Below are positions 9,973 through 24,308 of a DNA stretch of 64,000 nucleotides, piece by piece. The notes under the pieces were generated by a model. The model saw nothing but the letters and a program-made list of their open reading frames with translations, was not told the origin of the DNA and searched no databases. The DNA comes from an uncultured Thermomicrobiales bacterium (GTDB taxonomy: Bacteria; Chloroflexota; Chloroflexia; Thermomicrobiales; UBA6265): the NCBI GenBank assembly GCA_902806405.1, contig CADCWL010000001.1, positions 96,029 through 160,028 on the forward strand, given 5' to 3'. Numbering within the stretch: position 1 is the stretch's first letter; each line of letters starts with the position of its first letter. The position numbers were made by a program, and so were the translations under genes.

Positions 9973-10698
9973 TCACCAGGGTTCGAGCGGTGGCGGTTCG
10001 GCTTGGTGGGCCCGCCGCCCGACACCCGGCTCCGCCCGGAAGTACGCCTGTCCGTAGAGGTGGAAGCCGACGGCGTAACCGTACGGGACGGTCACGGCGG
10101 CGACGAGGGCCGGCACGAGGAGGGCGGCCCCGAAGCCAAGGCCCGACTCGGTCGCCGACGCCCCGACCCAAACGGCGACCACGACCGCGCCGCCGACGCA
10201 GGCCAGCGCAGCGGCCAGGAGCAGGAGCACGAGAAAGATCAGCACGTAGTCGCCGACGCCGCGCCCGACGAGTCGGATCACCGGTCCGCCTTCGATCCCG
10301 GCCACGAAGGAGCGGGTCATGGCGACCCTCGCCACCGCAGCGGCGGTCACGACCCCGACCACCAGGTTGAGCGCCACGCCGAGCGCGGGGATCAGCCAGG
10401 CCGCGGCCTCGGAGTCGAACGCGAACCGCGGCAGCAGGAAGACGACCGTTGGCAGGAAGCTCCAGACGACCATGACGGCCAGCGCGCGCAGTCCGTTCGT
10501 GAAGAGCTCGGTCCAATCGTTCCACTCGGGCAGCGGGACATCGGTTTGGGCGACGACGGCGCGGATGATCCGCAGCCCGTATCCCAACAGAAAGATCCAG
10601 CCGAGCACCGGCACGAGCAGCAGCAGGCCCGCGACGGCGAGCTTCGGGAGCCAGCGGGGATCCATGAAGACGAAGCCAAAGGAGCGTCCGAAATTCAT
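9973..10698 (-). CDS. DUF4013-like membrane protein (paralog 2)
   Basis: 241 aa. MNFGRSFGFVFMDPRWLPKLAVAGLLLLVPVLGWIFLLGYGLRIIRAV...DVPLPEWNDWTELFTNGLR matches the DUF4013 signature as I recall it. Confidence 0.65.
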   Translation of the reverse strand: MNFGRSFGFVFMDPRWLPKLAVAGLLLLVPVLGWIFLLGYGLRIIRAVVAQTDVPLPEWNDWTELFTNGLRALAVMVVWSFLPTVVFLLPRFAFDSEAAAWLIPALGVALNLVVGVVTAAAVARVAMTRSFVAGIEGGPVIRLVGRGVGDYVLIFLVLLLLAAALACVGGAVVVAVWVGASATESGLGFGAALLVPALVAAVTVPYGYAVGFHLYGQAYFRAEPGVGRRAHQAEPPPLEPW

Positions 10699-10812
10699 AC
10701 CGCCCCTACGTCCGTCACCTCAGGCACCGTCCTACGGCCAGTCTAGCAAGCGAAGGAGGTCTCCCGACCGACCAGCGCGGACCCTCGCCATCGGCCTGCA
10801 GCAGGCACCAAG

Positions 10813-10836
10813 ACGCCCCGGTCAGGACCGGGGCGT
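10813..10836 (-). terminator. GC-rich hairpin downstream of lexA (terminator-like, weak U tract)
   Basis: ACGCCCCGGTC-AG-GACCGGGGCGT, about 10 bp of effective stem, 42 nt after the lexA stop. The tail on the minus strand is CTTGGTG. Confidence 0.45.
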
Positions 10837-10877
10837 GCCGCACCGACGGTGGTCACGGACGGAAGGAGCAGCGGTTC

Positions 10878-11516
10878 CTACTGGATAGACCGCACCACGG
10901 TCACCAGCCGGCCCTGGATCTCGACGTTTTCGGCTGGGCTATAGATCGGCTCCATCGTCACGTTGGCGGGCTGGAGGCGGACGCGGGCGCCCTCCTGGTA
11001 GAAGCGCTTCAGGGTCGTCTCCTTCTGGTCCTTAAGCCAGACGGCGACCGTCTCCCCGTTCTCGCACGTCTCCTGCTTGCGCAGGACGACAACGTCCCCG
11101 TCGTTGATCAGGGCATCGACCATCGAGTGCCCCTTGACGCGGAGCGCGAAGAGATCGCGCCCGCCGTCGCGGACCAGCTCAGAGCCGAGATCGACCGTCT
11201 CCGCCCCATCCGAGCCTTCGAGATCCCCCGGGACCGGGATCGGCAGACCGGCGGCGATCTGGCCAATCACCGGGATCGTGACGATGTTGCGCCGCCCGCC
11301 GATGCGGCCGACGAGCTCGATGCCGCGGGAGATGTTTTTGTTGCGCCGAATCAGGCTCCGCCCCTCGAGCACCTTGAGGTTGTAGTCGACGACGCTGGTC
11401 GAGGAGATGCCGAGCTCCCGCTGGATGTCGCGGATCGTCGGCGGGTACTCGTTGTCGACCAGGAACGTCTCGATGAAGTCGAGGATGGCCTGCTGACGCC
11501 GGGTCAAGTCCTTCAT
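10878..11516 (-). CDS. lexA: SOS repressor LexA
   Basis: Start re-assigned to ATG 11516 (MKDLTRRQQAILDFIETFLVDNEYPPTIRDIQRELGISSTSVV wHTH). S24 peptidase domain (VKGHSMVDALINDGDVVVLRK...TLKRF). The 140-aa N-terminal extension in the ORF track is non-coding. Confidence 0.95.
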   Translation of the reverse strand: MKDLTRRQQAILDFIETFLVDNEYPPTIRDIQRELGISSTSVVDYNLKVLEGRSLIRRNKNISRGIELVGRIGGRRNIVTIPVIGQIAAGLPIPVPGDLEGSDGAETVDLGSELVRDGGRDLFALRVKGHSMVDALINDGDVVVLRKQETCENGETVAVWLKDQKETTLKRFYQEGARVRLQPANVTMEPIYSPAENVEIQGRLVTVVRSIQ

Positions 11517-11594
11517 GCGGATCCTCTCGGGGTAACCGGCGTGGTCGGGGCCGGAAGGGCGGTGGGGCGCCGGGCGCCGTGGCGAGATGCGCGT

Positions 11595-11618
11595 ATTATA
11601 GGAACGAACAATTGTTCG
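11595..11618 (-). promoter_or_regulatory. LexA (SOS/Cheo-type) box plus lexA -10 element
   Basis: Perfect palindrome CGAACAATTGTTCG at 11605-11618 (GAAC-N4-GTTC core). Minus-strand TATAAT at 11600-11595 lies immediately downstream of it, about 80 nt upstream of the lexA ATG. Confidence 0.85.
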
Positions 11619-11901
11619 TGTCAACCGAACGGACCATCCGGTGCCCGAAAGCGCGCCGCACCAGGTACCGCTCCGAGCAGGAGACTGCTCCTGCTCCAGG
11701 GGGAGAACCCCTGACTGTTCTGGTAGCGCGCGTGACGACCGCTCCGTCCCTCGGGCCCCAGGGCCGGTCAAACCGGTGCCCGGCTGGCACCGGCCGTCCG
11801 GAGCGCGGGGCGCTACACTTGGTGTGACGACGGAAGGACCGGCGTCGCGGCGGGCGACGCACCCCCGCCCCGCCCGCGCCGTTCCCCCTGCGCCCATCCC
11901 A

Positions 11902-16406
<4,505 letters not shown>

Positions 16407-16433
16407 TCTCGGCAGTCATCTGGGAGCACGGCT

Positions 16434-16466
16434 GGGGACGGGCGGCACCTAGTGCCGCCCGTCCCC
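16434..16466 (+). terminator. Hairpin terminator after sat-cysC
   Basis: GGGGACGGGCGGCAC-cta-GTGCCGCCCGTCCCC (15-bp perfect arms) 28 nt after the stop, followed by GCTTCTG. Confidence 0.55.
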
Positions 16467-16580
16467 GCTTCTGATCGGCCCGCACGGGGGCGGTGCTCGC
16501 GGGCGCGTTGACAGCCGTCGACGATCCTCCTAGGCTACGGCCGCGTTGGCGGCGGGGCGGGAACCTTCGAGGAGACGGGT

Positions 16581-17060
16581 ATGGCGGAGGGGATGGAGAC
16601 AGGGGGCGAGCTCGATGCGGTCGCCATCCAGCGGATCATCCCCCACCGTTACCCATTCCTGCTCGTCGACCGCATCCTCGAGCTAGCCCCGGGCCAGCGT
16701 GCCCTCGGCGTCAAGAACGTGACGATGGGCGACGGGTTCTTCCAGGGCCACTTCCCCGCCCACCCGGTGATGCCGGGTGTCCTGATCGTCGAGGCGCTCG
16801 CCCAGGTCGGGGCCGTCGCGCTCCTGACGACGGAGGAATACCGGGGGAAGCTGGCGCTCTTCGCCGGGATCGACAAGGTCCGCTTCAAGCGCCAGGTCAA
16901 GCCGGGGGATACCCTCCGTCTGGAGGTGGAGCTGACCCAGGTCCGCCGCGGAATCGGCAGCGGATCGGGAACGGCCACGGTCGACGGACAACTCGCTTGC
17001 CGCGGCGAGTTCATGTTCGCGGTCGTGGACGCGCCGACCGGTTTGATGGCGAGCGCCTAG
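16581..17060 (+). CDS. fabZ: 3-hydroxyacyl-ACP dehydratase FabZ
   Basis: [39 protein letters not shown] hot-dog fold motifs. SD AGGAGA upstream. Confidence 0.95.
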   Translation: MAEGMETGGELDAVAIQRIIPHRYPFLLVDRILELAPGQRALGVKNVTMGDGFFQGHFPAHPVMPGVLIVEALAQVGAVALLTTEEYRGKLALFAGIDKVRFKRQVKPGDTLRLEVELTQVRRGIGSGSGTATVDGQLACRGEFMFAVVDAPTGLMASA

Positions 17061-17261
17061 TCACCCCGCCCTCATCCCCCAGACCTTCTTCCCGACGCTT
17101 GCGGTTCCACCCCTGAGAAAGGTATGCACGACGGGCGACGACACATTCGTTGGCCTCGACCGGGGCTGGCACGGCCCGTGCACCTGGACCCGGGCGGCGT
17201 ACACTGCGGCGGCGGAGCGGCGCCGTCAGTTCGGTTTCGCCGGATTTGGAGAGCTTAGCGG

Positions 17262-17789
17262 ATGGCGGCGTCGGGAAGGGTGGTCGGATCGATCCTGATC
17301 CTGGTCGGCGCCGTTCTCGGCGTCCTCCTCGTGGCGTGGCTCGGGTTTGGCATCCGCGAGGGCCGGCTGGAGGGGAGCGGCGCCGTTCTGGGGCTAATCC
17401 TCGGCCTCGGCTTCGTCGCGCTACCGCTGATCGGGGGTGGGGTGTACTTCCTGCTCCGCGGCCAGGGCGAGGCCCGGGAGCTGGCGAAGGTTCAGGAGCA
17501 GCGGCGCCTGCTCGACATCGTCTCCACCCGCGGCCAGGTCGGGATCCCCGACCTCGTCCTCGAGATGAAGTCGACGCGGGACGTTGTCCAGAACAACCTC
17601 TACGACCTGGTCGGGCGGGGCCTCTTCAGCGGCTACGTCGATTGGAAGAAGGGAACCCTCTATTCGGTCGACGCCTCGAAGCTGCAGGGGCAGCGGCACT
17701 GCCCTAACTGCGGCGGCGAGGTGGAACTGGCCGGCAAAGGGCTGATCAAGTGCCCCTACTGCGGCGCGGAGATCTTCCTGCAAGGCTAA
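17262..17789 (+). CDS. Membrane-anchored protein with wHTH-like domain and C-terminal zinc ribbon (PspA-module member)
   Basis: 175 aa. Two N-terminal TM helices, RRLLDIVSTRGQVGIPDLVLEMKSTRDVVQNNLYDLVGRGLFSGY (winged-helix-like), and CPNCGG-X11-CPYCG. Lies immediately upstream of the DUF4178-like gene and pspA. Confidence 0.6.
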   Translation: MAASGRVVGSILILVGAVLGVLLVAWLGFGIREGRLEGSGAVLGLILGLGFVALPLIGGGVYFLLRGQGEARELAKVQEQRRLLDIVSTRGQVGIPDLVLEMKSTRDVVQNNLYDLVGRGLFSGYVDWKKGTLYSVDASKLQGQRHCPNCGGEVELAGKGLIKCPYCGAEIFLQG

Positions 17790-17823
17790 CGGGTAGCGGC
17801 GGCGGACGCCGACGGAGGAGAGC

Positions 17824-18852
17824 GTGGCAGCGAACTTCGGCGACCAGATCGAGCGGCGCGTCGGCGGTTTGCTCGACCGCGTCCCCGGCTACCGCGGGTA
17901 CCGCGCCAAAGAGGACCGAAGGGACGCCGACCGGCGCGTCCGCGACCACGTCGCCGCCGCTTACGCGGTTCAGGCCGATCGCGTCGAGCGGATCGCTCGT
18001 GACCTTGCGACACAGCGCCGCCTGATGGAGATTGGACCGGTCGACGAGCTCGCCCGGACGCTGCGCCATTTGATCGACCGCGTTCGCACCGCCACCTACG
18101 GCTACGGTGGCCTGATGGGCGACCGGGACGTCGACGCGGCGGCGCTCGATCAGCTCCGTCAGTTCGACGAAGGACTCCTCTCCGGCGTCGACGAGCTACA
18201 GGGGCCGGTCGCGGCGATGGAGGCGGCGTTCGCCGCGAAGGGAGACCTGACCGCGCCGACCATCGCCGGGACCGCGGTCGTCCGCACCGTGCTCGCCCGT
18301 TTCGATCTTCGTGGGGACGTTGTCGAGACGGGCAAGCCCGCGCCGGCGGAAAGCGTCATGCGCGTGCTGCAGGCGGGTCCTCTCCCGGCAGCGCCGCCGG
18401 CGTTCGGGTTGGATCTGGGCGACGCCCTCGCCATCCTTGGCGATGACTACCTCGTCGAGGCCCGGATCGCGATCGACGGAGATCCGATGGCGCTCCGGCT
18501 CTTCCGCATTTCGGGCGGGGAGGAGCGGTGGCTGGCGGTCGCGGCGCGACCGGAGCAAGGCATGGCGCTGACGATGCCGGTCACGCCCGCGCCACCCCCG
18601 GGCGGCGAGACCACGATCGGCGGCACGGCGTACCGATCCGAGGCAAACGGCTCCGGCGACGGTGAGGTGGTCGGCGCCGGAGGCACGTCCGGCTTCCGAC
18701 CGGTCCGCTTCTCCCTCCTCGTCGGGGTGGACGACCCGGCCGCGCGGGCGGTGGTCCTCGACTGGAGTACGGAGCGGCGGGCGTACGCCGGCCGGCAGGT
18801 CGATCCTCGGGACGTCGAGATCTTTGGCCGACCGTCACCGCAGCTGAACTAG
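17824..18852 (+). CDS. DUF4178-like protein with helical N-terminal domain (PspA-module member)
   Basis: 342 aa. GTG start 5 nt after GGAGGAG. The C-terminal half (GDDYLVEARIAIDGDPMALRLFRISGGEERWLAV ... VVLDWSTERRAYAGRQVDPRDVEIFG) resembles the DUF4178 repeat pattern. The N-terminal half is predicted helical. Confidence 0.5.
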   Translation: MAANFGDQIERRVGGLLDRVPGYRGYRAKEDRRDADRRVRDHVAAAYAVQADRVERIARDLATQRRLMEIGPVDELARTLRHLIDRVRTATYGYGGLMGDRDVDAAALDQLRQFDEGLLSGVDELQGPVAAMEAAFAAKGDLTAPTIAGTAVVRTVLARFDLRGDVVETGKPAPAESVMRVLQAGPLPAAPPAFGLDLGDALAILGDDYLVEARIAIDGDPMALRLFRISGGEERWLAVAARPEQGMALTMPVTPAPPPGGETTIGGTAYRSEANGSGDGEVVGAGGTSGFRPVRFSLLVGVDDPAARAVVLDWSTERRAYAGRQVDPRDVEIFGRPSPQLN

Positions 18853-18894
18853 GGACTGTCGAAAGCGTCGGGCGAACCAAGCAAAGGAGCCAGA

Positions 18895-19608
18895 ATGGGC
18901 ATCCTCGACCGTCTGTCGCGGCTGGTCCGCGCGAACGTCAACGACATGATCGACGAGGCCGAAGACCCCGCGAAGATGATCGACCAGATCCTGCGCGACA
19001 TGCAGGGGAGCATGACGACGGCGCGGGCTCAGGTGGCGTCGATGATCGCCCAGGAGAAGGAGTTGGAGGCGGACCTGACCGAGACGCGCCAGCTCTCCGG
19101 CGAGTGGGCCGCCAAAGCGCAGCGCGCGGTCGGCGCCGGCAAGGACGATCTCGCGCGGGAAGCGCTGCGGCGGAAGCGGGACAGCGACCAGAACGCCGCC
19201 GTCTACGACCAGCAGCTGCAGGTGCAGTCGCAGGCGGTCGATAAGCTCAAGGACCAGCTCCGCCAGTTGGAGGCGAAGTATCAGTCGACCCTCAGCCACC
19301 GCGACGCCCTCGTCGCCCGCCAGCGGCGGGCGCACGCCCAGCGCGAGGTCGCGCAGTCGTTGACGGTCCTCGCCCCGCTCGACGCCTCCTCCGAGCTCGA
19401 CCGCATGGAGCGCAAGATCCGCGGCACCGAGGCGCAGGCGATGGCCGCGATCGAGGTCGGCGAGGAAGGCTACGACGCCCAGTTCCGCGAGCTCGATCAA
19501 GACCTCGACATCGAGGACGAGTTGGCGGCGTTGAAGGCCGGCTCGACCCGGGTTGCGGAATTGCCGACCGGTGCCGTGAGCGACACGGGGACCGGCGCGA
19601 CGCGGTAG
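18895..19608 (+). CDS. pspA: PspA/IM30 family protein
   Basis: MGILDRLSRLVRANVNDMIDEAEDPAKMIDQILRDMQ N-terminus typical of PspA/Vipp1. Coiled-coil throughout. SD AGGAG upstream. Confidence 0.92.
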   Translation: MGILDRLSRLVRANVNDMIDEAEDPAKMIDQILRDMQGSMTTARAQVASMIAQEKELEADLTETRQLSGEWAAKAQRAVGAGKDDLAREALRRKRDSDQNAAVYDQQLQVQSQAVDKLKDQLRQLEAKYQSTLSHRDALVARQRRAHAQREVAQSLTVLAPLDASSELDRMERKIRGTEAQAMAAIEVGEEGYDAQFRELDQDLDIEDELAALKAGSTRVAELPTGAVSDTGTGATR

Positions 19609-19697
19609 ATGGGCAGGACGGGAGGTCCCATCGCGCGGCCTTTCGTCCAGTCATGACCGGATGAAGCCCCTCCGGGGCTGTGCGCTTAGAGGGCACG

Positions 19698-20768
19698 ATG
19701 GCAATCCTGGACCTGATCGAGCACCCGAACGAATACGCCGACGAGATCGTCCACCGCGTCCCGGGGAGCGGCTCGGGCGAGTTCCGGCTCGGTTCGCAGC
19801 TCGTCGTGCGGGAAGGGCAGCGGGCGGTCTTCTTTCGGGACGGCAAGGCGCTCGACGTCTTCGGCCCGGGACGCCACACGATATCGACCAACAACGTGCC
19901 GTTGCTGACCGGGTTACTTGGCATCCCGTTCGGCGGCCGCTCGCCGTTCACGGCCGAGGTCTACTTTGTCGCGATGCGGGAGTTCCTCGACCTGAAGTGG
20001 GGCACCGCCCAGCCGATGGTCTACCGCGACGCGGAGCTGGGGATGATCCGGCTTCGCGCCTTCGGCACCTACTCAATGCGCGTCGCCGACCCTCAACTCC
20101 TCGTCAACCAGGTCGTCGGTACCCGCGGCGCCTTCACAACCGGTGCGATCGAGGAGTTCCTGCGCAGCATCGTCCTGACCGAGTTCAACGATCTGCTCGG
20201 CTCCCTTCAGACGTCGATCCTCGACATCCAGGGGATGACCGGCGAGGTCGCGACGGCAGCCCGAAATGCCCTCGGCGACGACTTTCGACGGCTGGGGCTG
20301 GAGTTGACCACCTTCCAGATCTCGGCGATCACGCCGCCGGAGGAGGTCCAGCGGCGGATCGACGAGCGTTCCGGCATGGCGGTCCTTGGCGACATGGGCC
20401 AGTACGTCCAGTACAAGACTGCGCAGGCGATCGGGGACGCCGCCCGCAACCCCGGCAGCGGCGGCGACGCCGCTTCGACCGGGGTCGGCCTCGGCGCCGG
20501 CCTCGGCCTGGGCCAGGCGATGGCGCAGTCGATGCGCGATGCCTTCTCCCAGCCTCCGTCCCAGACGCCGCTGGCCGGCGGCGCCGCGGCCCCGTCGACG
20601 ATGGCGTGCCCCAACTGCCAGGCGACCATCCCGGCCGGCTCCAAGTTTTGTCCCAACTGCGGCACCTCCCTCCAGACGGCGGCGACGGTCGCCTGCCCCA
20701 AGTGCGGGACGCAGAACCCGACCGGGTCGAAGTTTTGTACCAACTGCGGGACGGCGCTCTCCTCCTAA
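19698..20768 (+). CDS. SPFH-domain protein with C-terminal double zinc ribbon (YdjI-like)
   Basis: MAILDLIEHPNEYADEIVHRVPGSGSGEFRLGSQLVVREGQRAVFFRDGK N-terminus. SPFH core. C-terminal CPNCQATIPAGSKFCPNCG and CPKCGTQNPTGSKFCTNCG. Confidence 0.8.
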   Translation: MAILDLIEHPNEYADEIVHRVPGSGSGEFRLGSQLVVREGQRAVFFRDGKALDVFGPGRHTISTNNVPLLTGLLGIPFGGRSPFTAEVYFVAMREFLDLKWGTAQPMVYRDAELGMIRLRAFGTYSMRVADPQLLVNQVVGTRGAFTTGAIEEFLRSIVLTEFNDLLGSLQTSILDIQGMTGEVATAARNALGDDFRRLGLELTTFQISAITPPEEVQRRIDERSGMAVLGDMGQYVQYKTAQAIGDAARNPGSGGDAASTGVGLGAGLGLGQAMAQSMRDAFSQPPSQTPLAGGAAAPSTMACPNCQATIPAGSKFCPNCGTSLQTAATVACPKCGTQNPTGSKFCTNCGTALSS

Positions 20769-21725
20769 TTGATCTTCGGAGGGTCGGCGCGTGGCCGACG
20801 ATGGCTGCATGGCGAAACCGAAGATGGATCGCCCGTCGGCGTCGCTCGCCTGACAGGTCCGTGGCCGCGGCCCCGCTCGACTCCCTACGGCAACGACCGC
20901 CGAGCCACGACGTGGCGGCTCCTCGACCGATACCACCGTGGGTGAGCAGGGCAGGCGCCCGATGTCGCGAGCGATCGCAAGCGGGCTTTCCCGGTGCGAG
21001 CCAGCGAGCAGACCTACGAGCGCGTCGCGTTGAAAGTTCCCAAGGGAAGGTGCATCGGGTCAGGCGACGAGCAAAGCCGGGGATAACCGTCGCGACCGAT
21101 TGGACCACCGTGCTCACTGCCGCCCAGCTTCTTGCACCGACCGGCGTTGAATGATTGATGGTCGGAATCCACGGCGGCCGCCCGACACCTGCCGACGAGA
21201 CGTCATGCATTTTGGATATCTTCATCGCACCGTTCGGTCTTCCCATTATAAAGGTTGGAAGACCCGACATTCGTGAGTCGTGCGGCGCATTGTCGCTGCT
21301 CGTGATCGACGTGTGATCTCCCTTAACCGGAACCCACGATCTGGAAGGAAACGTCCCTAGGTACCGGCTCCGCGCCGATCACAGAATCTGGCGCGTCCAT
21401 CCCTCCGGGCGCTCGCCGGTCATTCGGCTCCGGCAGCCAAACGGCCATCACCCCAATTGGCACCATCGCGACGGCATGATCGAGCCGGCTGTCGTGTCGG
21501 CAGCCAGGATCGAGCTCGACGAGCAGTTCCGCGACCGATTCGGGACGCCATCGGGCCCCGATCGAGCGGCGGTCTGGCCGCCGGACCGGACCCTGGACCG
21601 ATCATTCCCGCACCCCGGGTTTGCGCGTCCGTACGCCCTTTTCGGTCGCAGCGGTGGCCGCTCACTGCTATACTTATGTCCGCTTCAGCTTCGTATAACA
21701 TCTCGTCGCGAAGGGGTGGGCAACG

Positions 21726-24233
21726 GTGGAGATAGGCAACGTTCGGCTGGCGAGCATCGAGAGCGAGATGCGGACGTCGTATCTCGACTACGCGATGAGC
21801 GTCATCGTCCAGCGCGCCCTGCCGGACGCGCGGGACGGCCTGAAGCCGGTCCACCGGCGGGTCCTCTACGCGATGGCCGAGATGGGGCTCCGCTCCAACA
21901 CTCGATACCGAAAGAGCGCCGGCATCGTCGGCGAGGTCCTCAAGAGCTATCACCCGCACAGCGACACGGCGGTCTACGACACGCTGGTCCGGATGGCGCA
22001 AGACTTCAACCTCCGCTACCCCCTCGTCGACGGCCAGGGCAACTTCGGCTCGGTCGACGGCGATGGCGCGGCGGCGATGCGCTACACCGAGGCCCGCCTG
22101 ACGGCGATCGCCGACGAACTGCTGGCCGACCTCGACAAGCGGACGGTCGACTTTCGGCCGAACTACGACGCGTCCACCCAGGAGCCGGCCGTCCTGCCGG
22201 CGCGCCTGCCAAACCTGCTGATCAACGGCAGCGCTGGCATCGCCGTCGGGATGGCGACCAACATCCCGCCCCACAACCTGCACGAGATCTGCGACGCGGT
22301 CGTCCACGTCATCGACAACCCGGAGGCGAGCCTCGAGGACCTGCTCGAGATCGTGAAGGGGCCCGACTTCCCGACCGGCGGCACGATCCTCGGGCGCGAA
22401 GGGATCAAGGCGGCCTACGCCACCGGCCGCGGCCGGGTTGTGATCCGGGCCAAGGCGTTCGTCGAGGAGGCGCAACGGGGCGGCCGCTACCAGATCGTCG
22501 TCACCGAAATGCCGTACCAGGTCAACAAGGCGGCCTTGCTGGAGCGGATCGCCGAACTGGTCAAGGACGGCAAGCTCGACGGCATCAGCGACCTGCGGGA
22601 CGAGTCCGACCGCTCCGGGATGCGGGCCGTGATCGAGCTGAAGCGCGACGCGCAGCCGATGAAGGTCCTCAACAATCTGTTCAAGCACACGGCGCTGCAG
22701 CAGACCTTCGGCGTCAACATGCTGGCCCTGGTCGAGAACGGCTCCCAGCCGCGGGTGCTGACGCTGAAGCGCGCCCTCCAGGAGTACGTCGCCCACCGCC
22801 AGGAGGTGATCACCCGGCGGACGGAGTACGAGCTGGAGCGGGCGCGGCGGCGGGCGCACATCCTGGAAGGGATGAAGATCGCCCTCGACCGGATCGACGA
22901 GGTGATCGCCGCCATCCGTCGCTCCCGCACCACCGAGACGGCACGGCAGAACCTGATGTCCGGCTTCAAGCTGTCGGAGGCGCAGGCGAACGCGATCCTC
23001 GATATGAGGCTCGCCCGCCTCGCTGCCCTGGAGCGGAAGAAGGTCGAAGACGAGCTTAAGGAAGTCCGCATCGAGATCACCCGGCTGGAAACCCTGCTGG
23101 GTGATCCGGCGCTGATCCTCGGCGTGATCCGGGCCGACATGGCGACGCTGAAGGAGAAGTACGGCGACGAGCGACGGACCCGCATCCAGGACATCTCCGG
23201 CGTCCTCAGCGAGGAGGATCTGATCCCGGAGGTCGATGTCCTGGTGACGCTGACCGGTCGGGGATACGTGAAGCGGATCGCGGACGGGGCGTACCGCACC
23301 CAGCACAGGGGCGGCAAGGGGATCACCGGCGTCACCATGCGCGAGGAGGACACGGTCCAGCACATCCTGGCAGCGAACACGATGGATTCCCTGCTCGTCT
23401 TCACGAACCGGGGCCGCGTCTACCAGTGCAAGGTGCACGAACTGCCGGACGCTGGCCGCACCGCCAAGGGCGTGCCCATCGTCAACCTGATGAACATCCA
23501 GCCGGACGAGACCGTCACCACGATGCTGAAGGTGAAGGACTTCTCGCCCGCGAGCTTCCTCTTCTTCACCACCCGTCTCGGGCGGGTGAAGCGGACGAGT
23601 CTCGACCAGTTCCAGGCGGTCCGCTCGACCGGCATGATCGCGATCGGCCTCGACGGCGGGGACGAACTGGCCTGGGTCCGGATCACGAACGGGGAGGACG
23701 ACATCGTCCTCGTCACCGAGCAGGGGCAGGCGATCCGATTCCACGAGGCGGACGCGCGGGCGATGGGTCGACCGGCGGCCGGCGTCCACGGCATCCGCCT
23801 CGGTGACAAGGACCGGGTGATCGCGTCGGAGGTGGTGCTGCCAGACCACGACCTGCTCGTGGTCGCCTCAAAAGGGCTCGGCAAGCGCACAAAGACCGAC
23901 CACTTCTCCCCTCAGGGACGCGGTGGCAAGGGGGTCACGGCGATGCGGCTGACGCCGCGGACGGGGCTGATCGTCGCCGCCGGCATGGTCAACTCCGAGC
24001 AGGCGGTGATGATGATGAACACCGCCGGCATCGTGATCCGGATCCCCGCTTCCCAAATCCCCGCCATCGGCCGGGCAACCCAGGGCGTAACCTTGATGCG
24101 GATGGACCCGAACGAGCAGGTCGTGACGATGGCGATCGTCGAGGAGAAGGAGGAGGGCGACGGGGACGGCCCGGCGTCCCTCAACGGCCACTCCGTGGAG
24201 CTGATCACGAGCAACGGGACCACCCCAGCATAG
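21726..24233 (+). CDS. gyrA: DNA gyrase subunit A
   Basis: 835 aa. [32 protein letters not shown], catalytic [10 protein letters not shown], and C-terminal beta-pinwheel repeats. GTG start after GGGGTGGG. Confidence 0.97.
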   Translation: MEIGNVRLASIESEMRTSYLDYAMSVIVQRALPDARDGLKPVHRRVLYAMAEMGLRSNTRYRKSAGIVGEVLKSYHPHSDTAVYDTLVRMAQDFNLRYPLVDGQGNFGSVDGDGAAAMRYTEARLTAIADELLADLDKRTVDFRPNYDASTQEPAVLPARLPNLLINGSAGIAVGMATNIPPHNLHEICDAVVHVIDNPEASLEDLLEIVKGPDFPTGGTILGREGIKAAYATGRGRVVIRAKAFVEEAQRGGRYQIVVTEMPYQVNKAALLERIAELVKDGKLDGISDLRDESDRSGMRAVIELKRDAQPMKVLNNLFKHTALQQTFGVNMLALVENGSQPRVLTLKRALQEYVAHRQEVITRRTEYELERARRRAHILEGMKIALDRIDEVIAAIRRSRTTETARQNLMSGFKLSEAQANAILDMRLARLAALERKKVEDELKEVRIEITRLETLLGDPALILGVIRADMATLKEKYGDERRTRIQDISGVLSEEDLIPEVDVLVTLTGRGYVKRIADGAYRTQHRGGKGITGVTMREEDTVQHILAANTMDSLLVFTNRGRVYQCKVHELPDAGRTAKGVPIVNLMNIQPDETVTTMLKVKDFSPASFLFFTTRLGRVKRTSLDQFQAVRSTGMIAIGLDGGDELAWVRITNGEDDIVLVTEQGQAIRFHEADARAMGRPAAGVHGIRLGDKDRVIASEVVLPDHDLLVVASKGLGKRTKTDHFSPQGRGGKGVTAMRLTPRTGLIVAAGMVNSEQAVMMMNTAGIVIRIPASQIPAIGRATQGVTLMRMDPNEQVVTMAIVEEKEEGDGDGPASLNGHSVELITSNGTTPA

Positions 24234-24260
24234 CTCCGTTTCTGGTCGCAACGCTGTCCT

Positions 24261-24295
24261 ACCGCCCGGCCTTCCCCCTGGGAAGGCCGGGCGGT
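24261..24295. terminator. Bidirectional hairpin between convergent gyrA and a membrane-protein gene
   Basis: ACCGCCCGGCCTTCCC-cct-GGGAAGGCCGGGCGGT, 16-bp perfect arms, between the gyrA stop (24233) and the minus-strand stop (24309). Confidence 0.6.
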
Positions 24296-24308
24296 CCGTG
24301 CTTCGCCG

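Noticed and set aside
21100-21300. Possible oriC / DnaA-box cluster in the AT-richer stretch upstream of gyrA
   Set aside because: Only weak partial matches to TTATCCACA (for example GAATCCACG, GGATAACCG). There is no dnaA or dnaN nearby and no clear AT-rich unwinding repeats.
21420-23849. 809-aa minus-strand ORF, plus the 527-aa plus-strand ORF 21476-23059
   Set aside because: Both overlap gyrA, one antisense and one out of frame. They have no recognisable domains, while gyrA has every hallmark motif.
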